Shown here: positions 1 to 7,835 of the stretch, one piece after another
Layout of the letters: each line of letters begins with the position of its first letter
Position numbering within the stretch: the first letter of the stretch is position 1
Assembly: GCA_902772965.1 (NCBI GenBank)
Contig: CACYCT010000081.1
Span: 3,076-67,075 of the forward strand
Reading direction: 5' to 3'
Length of the DNA: 64,000 nt
Origin: an uncultured Bacteroidales bacterium
Lineage (GTDB): Bacteria; Bacteroidota; Bacteroidia; Bacteroidales; Muribaculaceae
Position numbers and translations under genes: made by a program
Notes under the pieces: model-generated
The model's input: the letters and a program-made list of their open reading frames with translations, nothing else
The model's database searches: none
What the model was told of the DNA's origin: nothing

Positions 1-1007
1 CCTATTTGCCTGAATTGGAGAGTCTCAATTGCGCCCAAACCGGCCTTGAGACGCTTGAGCCGAGTTTGTGTCCCGACCTGACCACGCTTAACTGCGCCGG
101 CAATGGTATTTCGCGTCTCAACCTGAGCGCCAACACGAAACTCACACGCGTGATCGCCAATGGTAACCGAATTGCCGGAGAGCACTACGACTATCTGTTC
201 GACAAATTGCCCGAGCGCACCGGCAGCTGCTATCTCGACTTTTTCACCACCGCCACAGGTGAGACCAACGAGCAGCTCAGCTTCAAGCAGGCAGGCCTGC
301 TGAAAGAGAAAGGCTGGACAGCGCGCTACCAGACAGCCGGTTCGTCAGCGTGGCGTGAAGTGGCCGACTATGTGGCCATTAACTCCAACACCTTCCCCGA
401 CGCCAATTTCCGCAACTTCATGCTTGAGCAGTCGTATGGCACCGATGCCAGACTCTATTGGAGCGAGGTTAAGACAATCACCTCCCTCGGCGCGTGGCAG
501 CGGCAGATTACCTCCCTGGCGGGTGTCGAGTACCTGACGGAACTGGAAAGTCTTTACTGCCAAGAGAATCAGATCACCGAGTTGGATTTGAGCCAAAACC
601 TCCGCATAAGCAAGGTTTACTGCCACCTCAACAACATCTCCGCCGAAGCTCTCGACCGCCTCATCGCCAACCTCCCAGCGGCTGAGGACGGAATCATTAT
701 GTTCAAGAATGGCGACAGCGACCAGAACGTCATGCCCACCTCGGCCCAAGCCAGAAACGCGGCCGGAAAGAACTGGACTTTGCGCTACTGGAAAGGCAGC
801 ACTTGGGTCGATGTGCCCACATCATCCTTGTTGGGCGACATCAACCTCGACGGACGTGTCGACATCACCGACCTCAACCTCGTTGTCAACGCCGTGCTCT
901 CGAATCCCGGCTTGTCGGAATCCGGAGGAAACCCTGACCTTAACGGCGACAACAGAGTTGATGTGACCGACCTGAATATGATTATCAGTATCATTCTGAA
1001 CAACTGA
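1..1007 (+). CDS. Leucine-rich-repeat surface protein, 5'-truncated by the window edge, with a C-terminal dockerin-like module
   Basis: The frame is open back to nt 3 and the track start at 6 is TTG. It has LRR-like LxxLxCxxNxI units and an NSNTFPDANFRNFML module (nt 387-413) shared with the next gene. The last ~55 aa read DINLDGRVDITDLNLVVNAVL...DLNGDNRVDVTDLNMIISIIL, two DxNxDGxxDxxD segments typical of dockerins. Confidence 0.75.
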   Translation, partial: YLPELESLNCAQTGLETLEPSLCPDLTTLNCAGNGISRLNLSANTKLTRVIANGNRIAGEHYDYLFDKLPERTGSCYLDFFTTATGETNEQLSFKQAGLLKEKGWTARYQTAGSSAWREVADYVAINSNTFPDANFRNFMLEQSYGTDARLYWSEVKTITSLGAWQRQITSLAGVEYLTELESLYCQENQITELDLSQNLRISKVYCHLNNISAEALDRLIANLPAAEDGIIMFKNGDSDQNVMPTSAQARNAAGKNWTLRYWKGSTWVDVPTSSLLGDINLDGRVDITDLNLVVNAVLSNPGLSESGGNPDLNGDNRVDVTDLNMIISIILNN

Positions 1008-1034
1008 TCGGCAATTCAAACATTCCGGCACATT

Positions 1035-1085
1035 GTCACCCCCGCTTTCACATTCGTGCAATAATGGGGGTGACACTTGTTTCCG
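1035..1085 (+). terminator. Putative intrinsic terminator after the first LRR gene
   Basis: A 9-bp perfect stem, GTCACCCCC (1035-1043) / GGGGGTGAC (1066-1074), lies 28 nt after the stop. The loop is long and the T tract weak (acttgtttcc). Confidence 0.4.
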
Positions 1086-1108
1086 GCGGACGGATACCCA
1101 TATGATGA

Positions 1109-1282
1109 CACCCTCCGTGGTCGTGCCGCGGAGGGTGTTGTTTTGGATTAGGGAGATTTGCGTTACTTGACGATGAACTTGCGTCCGTTTTGGATGTAGA
1201 TTCCGGTGGGGAGTTTGTCGGTTGTCATCTTGCGTCCGAGCAGGTCGTAGATGGTGTTGTCGCCGGTTGTCGCGGTCTTGAC
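1109..1282. repeat. Copy A of a 174-bp direct repeat (terminator hairpin plus T9SS C-terminal-domain coding tail)
   Basis: Hand alignment to 7662-7835 gives 174 nt with no indels and 5 mismatches. It includes the hairpin CACCCTCCG...CGGAGGGTG (1109-1137). Confidence 0.9.
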
Positions 1283-1351
1283 TGATCGGTGAGTGATGAG
1301 ATCCAGAGGCGCTTGACGGGGCAAGTGGCGTTGGCTTTCTGGTAGACCCAC
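1163..1351 (-). pseudogene. Remnant of a T9SS cargo gene; only the C-terminal sorting tail is conserved
   Basis: The 62-aa ORF ends ...VKTATTGDNTIYDLLGRKMTTDKLPTGIYIQNGRKFIVK, nearly identical to the C-terminus of the 816-aa protein at 7716-10166. No credible upstream body exists; another frame (1225-1500) continues, suggesting a frameshifted or decayed gene. Confidence 0.6.
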
Positions 1352-1583
1352 CGCTGGATGAGTTCCCCTTCCTGGCCGGCGTCACCGCAGTTGATGATTT
1401 CCGCCGCGTTTGCCACGATCAACAAGTTAAAACAATCAATACCGACAGGTGTCTCAATCTTCACGTCTTCTGTCTTCCACCCGACACGTACAATTAACAC
1501 AACCTACCTAAAACAATATAAAATTTTAGTTTTCTTAATTGTTTTTCACAAAATAACAGAAAGAGAGATTGAACTATTTATAT

Positions 1584-1591
1584 TAATTTTG
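1584..1591 (+). promoter_or_regulatory. Bacteroidota-type -7 box (TAATTTTG) upstream of the giant LRR gene
   Basis: Matches TAnnTTTG, 41 nt upstream of the ATG at 1632, in an AT-rich leader. No clear -33 TTTG. Confidence 0.4.
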
Positions 1592-1631
1592 CGCTCAAAT
1601 TTCATTATAAAAAAATTAAACCGATTTAGCA

Positions 1632-4600
1632 ATGAAACGTGTTTTCTTCAACACTGTACTTGCGCTACTTGCGGCAATGCTGTCTGTATTGCCGCTGCGA
1701 GCCCAGGTGGTGTTCAACACCACCAACTTCCCCGATGCCAATTTCCGGCAGTACCTGATGGACAACTTCCCCGACAAAGGCTTTACAGCCCTTGACGACA
1801 CCATCAGTTCTGACAACATCAACACAATTACATCTATCAATTGTCAGTCGAAAAATATCTCGAATTTAAAGGGAATCGAGTATTTCACGAATCTGAACTA
1901 TCTTAACTGCTCCCGCAATCGTCTCTCTTCACTGAACTTGAGCGGCTGCACCGCACTCAAAAATCTATATTGTAATAACAACTCTCTCTCAACACTGAAT
2001 GTGAGCAATTGCGCAGCGCTTACAACATTGCACTGTTATAGCAACTATCTGAATTCGTTAGACGTCAGCAATCTCACCTCGCTGACATCCTTGTACTGCT
2101 ATAGTAACCAGCTGACCTCGTTAGACGTCAGCAATCTTTCCAAACTGAACTACTTATACTGCAATAACAACCAACTGACTTCTTTAGACGTCAGCAGGAA
2201 TAGTAGTCTGTTATCCCTGTATTGTTACCAAAACAAGTTAGAGACGCTCTCAACAGGTCCCAACGAGAAAATACAGGACCTTTTCTGCTACAACAATCAA
2301 CTAACTTCGCTTGATCTGTCGCTGTATCTCGTACTCCGAAGAGTCAACTGTTCGAATAACAAGCTTAAGGCATTGAGTGTTGACTATAACGGTCAATTGA
2401 CCGAGTTGAATTGCTCGAATAATCAGTTGACCGTACTGTATTTGACACACAACAGTAGTTTGCAAAATCTTAATTGTTCCACCAATCAGTTGAGTACATT
2501 AGATATTAGCCCAAACACAAACCTCAAGAATTTCGATTGCTCCAACAACCAACTGACCGATTTGTCTTTAGCAAGCAATCGACTATTGACCAGCTTGACA
2601 TGTTCGGGCAACCAATTAACCACCCTTGACGTCAGTAAAAACACGTCGCTAAATTCTTTAACTTGTTCAAACAATCAGATCTCCTTACTTGATTTGAGCA
2701 GCAACACTTTGCTGAATAGCCTTGACTGCTCAAACAACCTATTAGAAACAATAGCGGCCAAAACAGTGACCACTCTGAATTGTTCGGGCAACAAGATTAC
2801 TGAGGTTGACTTTAGCGGCAACACCACAATCAACACCATCGACATATCCAACAATAGGATTTCACCCACACAAATGCAGCTTTTGGTTGAATCTTTAAGG
2901 ACTAACACATCAACCAATTCGGTCTTCAGGGTTATGAGCAACACCACGGAATTGAATGTGATGACTACCAGCCAGGTCGAGCTTGCGCAGAGCAAGGGGT
3001 GGACTCCTTTATGCGGCAACAACAACACCTGGACGGCTTATCTGGGCAGCGATGAGGCTCTTCCCATCAATGAGACAAACTTTCCTGACCCTGCATTCCG
3101 TGAATACCTCAAGTCGCTCACCGTAACCCTTGCCGACGGCACAACCATAACGCCCGGTTCTGACTCGATGCTGAATGCCACGGAGTTATACAGCATTACA
3201 ACCATCAACGTTCCGAATAATGCCTCGAATCTGAATGGCATTCATCTGCTGAGCCATGTCAACACAATTAATTGCGTAGGCAGTTCGCTGGAAGCACTTG
3301 AACTCCAATCCCTTTACAATTTCAAAAAATTAAACACCAGCGATTGCGACAACTTGAGCACTGTTAAGCTCACCGGTACGCAACTTGAGCGTGTCAGCCT
3401 TAACAATTGCCCTGCATTGGAAGAAATCGTATTCGGGAAAAGCGTCAGCCAGGTTATCATCAACGATTGCGAGTCTCTGGAAACGCTGAGCATTAGTGAT
3501 AAAGGAGTCACTTCGTTGCAAGTGTCAGCTTGTCCATCGCTGTTGACCATTGATTGTTCCAAAAACAAACTTACCGCCCTCGACATAACCGATCACACAT
3601 CTCTGATTACATTAAACTGTTCACAAAATCAGATTGAAAGTCTCAATGTCGGCTCAAACAGAAACTTGCAAACCCTCAATTGCAGTGGCAATCTGTTGAC
3701 GACCTTAGATGTAGCTCAAAACAGCTTGCTTCGCCAATTGAATTGCTCTCAAAACAACTTAGAGACGCTGGATGTCGGTAGCAATCCGTTACTGACAGAG
3801 TTAAAATGCAATAATAATCGTCTGAGCACTATCGATGTGACAAAACTGGCGAAATTAGCCTATTTTGATTTCAGCTACAACATTTTAACATCGGTAGATC
3901 TGAGCCAAAACGTGGCATTGACTGACTTGATTTGTGAGTTAAACCAATTGACAGTCCTCGACCTAACCCGGAACACTGAGCTTGTGCGCATTATTTGCAG
4001 GAATAATGCTTCTTTGACCTCCATCGTCGGTCTTCCAAAAAATGTGTCAGTCCTAACCGTCAATGGTTGCTCATCACTTGCCTCTCTGGATTGCTCAAAC
4101 CGAAAACTCAGGGCTCTCAATTTGAGTAACTGTTCATCGCTTGTGAATGTGAACTGCGCCAACAACCAGATTTCCACGCTGATTCTGGAAAACTGTTCGG
4201 CTCTGAAAGTACTCGATTGTCATGGAAACGCCCTATCATCCATAACAAATATAGCCGGGTTGGAGCTGGACTACTTAGACTGTTCGGCTAATGGAATTTC
4301 CGGCTTACCCAGAATGAGTGTTAAAGTATTGAAATGCTCAACACAATCAAATTCATTCTCTGTGTATTCAATCAATAACAACATAGACAAAAATAGACTT
4401 GAAGAATTAGATGTTTCGAACAACGTATTTGGCGGATCAGGAAATGTAGTTACGATTGAAGGATTTCCGAAATTGTCGCGTTTCGAGATTAGAGGTTGCC
4501 GATTTTTATCCTCAATCAGATGCAACTCAGAAAGGTTGAGCTATCTCGACATCAGCGACAATTATGCTATAAAATCTTTATCAATCCAAGGGAGCAACTT

Positions 4601-7340
4601 TTCAACTCTCGGTATAGATACCCTGATCAATTTACTACCCGAAGTCCCTTCAGCCCAACTATATGTTGACGACAACGTTAAAATGACCTCAAGTCAAGTG
4701 CTCGCAGCCAAAAACAAGGGGTGGACTGTAAATAGTGTCTATGGAGATGAATTCCAAGACGTTGACACAGGCATAGCCATTAATGAGGCAAACTTCCCTG
4801 ATGTCAAGTTCCGTACTTATTTGCTCAATCAGCCATATGGGCAGGATGCCTTGCTTCAAAATTCTGAAATCAGAGCAACTACCTCGTTAAACCTATCAAA
4901 TCAGGATATCACAAACCTGAAAGGTCTTGAGTATTTCAAAAACCTCAGAAATTTGGACTGCAGCGGCAATGACCGCTTGGAAACGATAGACTGTAGCAAC
5001 TTCGCACTGACAGAACTCAACATAGAAGGCTGCGCTTCGCTGAAAGCGCTTAGCACTTACGGAAACAAGTTGAGTGAAACCGCCATGAACAGCATCATCT
5101 CACAATTGCCTACAGTTGACACAGGAGAATATCTTGTTTGCCGTGATGGCAATACGGTTCTTGTTACCGCACAAGCCGACGTTGTTAGAGCTAAAGGTTG
5201 GACTCCAAAGTATTATGACAACCAGACCGGGCAATGGCTACCCTATGATGGTGTCGAAGATGCCGCACTTGAGATTAACGAAAGTAATTTCCCCGACGAG
5301 GCTTTCCGCAACTACCTGCTTGCTCAAGATTACGGTCAAGACGGTATCATCTCAGCGTTTGAGCGATTCAACCTTAAATATCTCAACGTTAGATCGAAAG
5401 GCATTTCTTCTCTATCCGGTATCGAACACTTCACTGAACTTGAATATTTAGTTTGCTTAAACAACAAACTGTCGAGCTTAGACCTGTCGGCACACAGCAA
5501 GTTGTTGCATCTGGATATTGGGTATAATCAATTCTCTTCATTAGATAACATTGCCGTTCTGAATCAGTTGCAATCTTTGCGCAATTTACGCTGCAACAAC
5601 AATCAGTTGACAGCCATCGATATCAGTCAATTGGCAGCTTTGGACACCCTTTATTGTCCTTACAACCAATTAACTACCCTTGCGCTTCAAAGCAATTCGT
5701 TGAAAGATTTGCGATGTGGCTATAACTTAATGACATCCTTAGACATTAGCCAGCTCACCGCCCTGGAGGTTCTGTATTGCCGAAATATCAACTTAACAAC
5801 TTTCGCACCTCAAAACAACACCTTAAAATATTTGGACTGCCAATATAACAAAATGACCTCCTTAGACATTAGCCAGCTCACCGCCCTGGAGAATCTATAT
5901 TGCAATAATAACAATTTAGCAACTTTCGCACCTCAAAACAACACCTTAAAATATTTGGACTGCAGTACTAATGGAATGAGCCAATTGGATGCCAGCAAGT
6001 GCCCTAAATTAGAAACTTTGCAATTTTACTCTGGTAACCCGAGTTTAGAACGTTTGAATGTCACGGGATGCACCGAACTGAAATACTTATTCTGTAGCCA
6101 TAACTCGAAATATCAAGCCGGAACAGTCACTACTGGAACCAGCGGAAAACTGGAACGGTTGGATCTTTCCACCAATGTGAAACTAATTGAGGTTGACTGC
6201 AGTGGGCACTTATTGAGTGAGTTGGATGTTCGAAACTGCAAAGACCTCAAAGTCCTGTGGTGCAATGCCAATAGACTGAAGAAATTGCGGGTAGACAACT
6301 GCACTAACCTGTCGGTACTTTTTGCTTGGGTTAATGAACTGGAAAGAGTGGATTTGAGTGGTTGCACCAACCTTGAGGTCTTAGACTTCTCGAATAATAA
6401 CTTCCAAACGATCGATTTGAGCAAAAACAAGGAATTGAGATACATCATCATCCACAACAATAGGTTGCCCAAGCTGGACGTTACCAACAACCCGAAGCTG
6501 ATGAATGTGAATTGTTCAAACAATCGCCTCAACTCGATTGACCTGTCTAAAAATTCCATCGATAGAACCCGACAGGTTTGGGCTTACGGTTCATTCCACC
6601 TGCCGGGCACCTCGCATGGCTTCAGCTGGGCTCCAAACGGCCGTACCATCAAAGCCGAGTGTGCGTTATTGCCCAAGGTTGTTAATGGTGAATATGTTTT
6701 AGACGAAAACGGTTGCGTCGTCTATGAGTCGTTATACTACCTGCGCCTGGACGACAACGTCAACACTGACGAGAGGAGTCTCTTGGGTCGAATGCTGGAG
6801 ACGGATGAGTCCGACTTCGATATAACTAAAGTTGACGAAAGTTCTTGGACAGGTGGTACTGTCTTCACCGGCACACGCGCTAAACGGATTTTAGGAGCTA
6901 ACAACCTGAAAGAAAAAGATGTTATCGGCAAAATATTGGTGCTAAACCCTGCTGCCGGCTCGGAGGAAAGCGGGACAGCAAGCGGCAGGGTGACATACAG
7001 ATATGTCACAGGCCATAACACTCCCGAACATTGGGCCAATTATGCCGCCGCTAATAACATCGACCTCAGTTCACCGGAGGGGCAACAAGCAATGGCTTGG
7101 ATAGACGATTCACCTACAGCCGAGGCTGTAAGTTGTTACATCAACTGGACTGCCGAAGTGGGTGTTATTACAGCTGTTGAGGACTTATATGAAGACAGAC
7201 CTCTTAAAGAAAAAGAGGTTGATTGCATCAAGTACTTCAACCTTTCGGGCCATTCCAGCAACCGTCCATTCAGCGGTCTCAACATTGTTGTGATTTATTA
7301 CAAAGACGGTTCGACCAGCGCCAGCAAGGTCTTCAAATAA
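1632..7340 (+). CDS. Giant (1902 aa) secreted leucine-rich-repeat protein, probable T9SS cargo
   Basis: Signal peptide MKRVFFNTVLALLAAMLSVLPLRAQ. Dozens of ~22-aa LxxLxCxxNxLxxLDxSxNxx repeats. Four NFPDxxFRxYL module heads and KGWT module ends. The C-terminus IKYFNLSGHSSNRPFSGLNIVVIYYKDGSTSASKVFK resembles a T9SS sorting domain. Confidence 0.9.
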   Translation: MKRVFFNTVLALLAAMLSVLPLRAQVVFNTTNFPDANFRQYLMDNFPDKGFTALDDTISSDNINTITSINCQSKNISNLKGIEYFTNLNYLNCSRNRLSSLNLSGCTALKNLYCNNNSLSTLNVSNCAALTTLHCYSNYLNSLDVSNLTSLTSLYCYSNQLTSLDVSNLSKLNYLYCNNNQLTSLDVSRNSSLLSLYCYQNKLETLSTGPNEKIQDLFCYNNQLTSLDLSLYLVLRRVNCSNNKLKALSVDYNGQLTELNCSNNQLTVLYLTHNSSLQNLNCSTNQLSTLDISPNTNLKNFDCSNNQLTDLSLASNRLLTSLTCSGNQLTTLDVSKNTSLNSLTCSNNQISLLDLSSNTLLNSLDCSNNLLETIAAKTVTTLNCSGNKITEVDFSGNTTINTIDISNNRISPTQMQLLVESLRTNTSTNSVFRVMSNTTELNVMTTSQVELAQSKGWTPLCGNNNTWTAYLGSDEALPINETNFPDPAFREYLKSLTVTLADGTTITPGSDSMLNATELYSITTINVPNNASNLNGIHLLSHVNTINCVGSSLEALELQSLYNFKKLNTSDCDNLSTVKLTGTQLERVSLNNCPALEEIVFGKSVSQVIINDCESLETLSISDKGVTSLQVSACPSLLTIDCSKNKLTALDITDHTSLITLNCSQNQIESLNVGSNRNLQTLNCSGNLLTTLDVAQNSLLRQLNCSQNNLETLDVGSNPLLTELKCNNNRLSTIDVTKLAKLAYFDFSYNILTSVDLSQNVALTDLICELNQLTVLDLTRNTELVRIICRNNASLTSIVGLPKNVSVLTVNGCSSLASLDCSNRKLRALNLSNCSSLVNVNCANNQISTLILENCSALKVLDCHGNALSSITNIAGLELDYLDCSANGISGLPRMSVKVLKCSTQSNSFSVYSINNNIDKNRLEELDVSNNVFGGSGNVVTIEGFPKLSRFEIRGCRFLSSIRCNSERLSYLDISDNYAIKSLSIQGSNFSTLGIDTLINLLPEVPSAQLYVDDNVKMTSSQVLAAKNKGWTVNSVYGDEFQDVDTGIAINEANFPDVKFRTYLLNQPYGQDALLQNSEIRATTSLNLSNQDITNLKGLEYFKNLRNLDCSGNDRLETIDCSNFALTELNIEGCASLKALSTYGNKLSETAMNSIISQLPTVDTGEYLVCRDGNTVLVTAQADVVRAKGWTPKYYDNQTGQWLPYDGVEDAALEINESNFPDEAFRNYLLAQDYGQDGIISAFERFNLKYLNVRSKGISSLSGIEHFTELEYLVCLNNKLSSLDLSAHSKLLHLDIGYNQFSSLDNIAVLNQLQSLRNLRCNNNQLTAIDISQLAALDTLYCPYNQLTTLALQSNSLKDLRCGYNLMTSLDISQLTALEVLYCRNINLTTFAPQNNTLKYLDCQYNKMTSLDISQLTALENLYCNNNNLATFAPQNNTLKYLDCSTNGMSQLDASKCPKLETLQFYSGNPSLERLNVTGCTELKYLFCSHNSKYQAGTVTTGTSGKLERLDLSTNVKLIEVDCSGHLLSELDVRNCKDLKVLWCNANRLKKLRVDNCTNLSVLFAWVNELERVDLSGCTNLEVLDFSNNNFQTIDLSKNKELRYIIIHNNRLPKLDVTNNPKLMNVNCSNNRLNSIDLSKNSIDRTRQVWAYGSFHLPGTSHGFSWAPNGRTIKAECALLPKVVNGEYVLDENGCVVYESLYYLRLDDNVNTDERSLLGRMLETDESDFDITKVDESSWTGGTVFTGTRAKRILGANNLKEKDVIGKILVLNPAAGSEESGTASGRVTYRYVTGHNTPEHWANYAAANNIDLSSPEGQQAMAWIDDSPTAEAVSCYINWTAEVGVITAVEDLYEDRPLKEKEVDCIKYFNLSGHSSNRPFSGLNIVVIYYKDGSTSASKVFK
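5730..5975 (+). repeat. Tandem 123-bp (41-codon) duplication inside the LRR gene
   Basis: 5730-5852 and 5853-5975 encode MTSLDISQLTALEVLYCRNINLTTFAPQNNTLKYLDCQYNK and MTSLDISQLTALENLYCNNNNLATFAPQNNTLKYLDCSTNG. Two long stretches are identical at the nucleotide level. Confidence 0.85.
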
Positions 7341-7361
7341 GGTTCTTTAATAAATTCTCTG

Positions 7362-7401
7362 AAGAGGATATGTCATCTAAACAATGGCATATCCTCTTTT
7401 G
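7362..7401 (+). terminator. Intrinsic terminator of the giant LRR gene
   Basis: Perfect 11-bp stem AAGAGGATATG (7362-7372) / CATATCCTCTT (7388-7398), followed by a short T run extending the stem's own terminal Ts (ctctttt), 22 nt after the stop. Confidence 0.7.
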
Positions 7402-7661
7402 TGGTAGTCCGTGGATTCAAGCGAATTTCAATCGTCAGAAAGATAATATCAGAAAAGAACCGTATCGTCGATGGTTACACCCGATGGACGCTATTAACTG
7501 AATATCGCTAATTATATCAGTGGCTGTTTACATTGTCAATCGTAACATAGTTTATGTGTCGTAAGATAGGTAATCCTCGGCACTAACAGATTCTGAAAGA
7601 TTGGAATATAATGCTCTCTGATGCTCGATTTGCGATTCCTGTTTGTGGCCAGCAAAAAGCA

Positions 7662-7690
7662 CACCCTCCGTGGGCGTGCCGCGGAGGGTG
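7662..7690 (-). terminator. Intrinsic terminator of the amidase-like gene; forms part of repeat copy B
   Basis: Stem CACCCTCCG / CGGAGGGTG. On the minus strand it is followed by GCTTTTTGCT, 26 nt after the stop at 7716. Confidence 0.6.
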
Positions 7691-7835
7691 TTGTTGTGGA
7701 TTGGGGAGATTTGAGTTACTTGACGATGAACTTGCGTCCGTTTTGGATGTAGATTCCGGCGGGGAGTTTGTCGGTTGTCATCTTGCGTCCGAGCAGGTCG
7801 TAGATGGTGTTGTCGCCGGTTGTCGCGGTCTTGAC
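7662..7835. repeat. Copy B of the 174-bp direct repeat (functional gene tail plus terminator)
   Basis: See copy A. It covers the terminator and the last 39 codons plus stop of the 816-aa gene. Confidence 0.9.
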
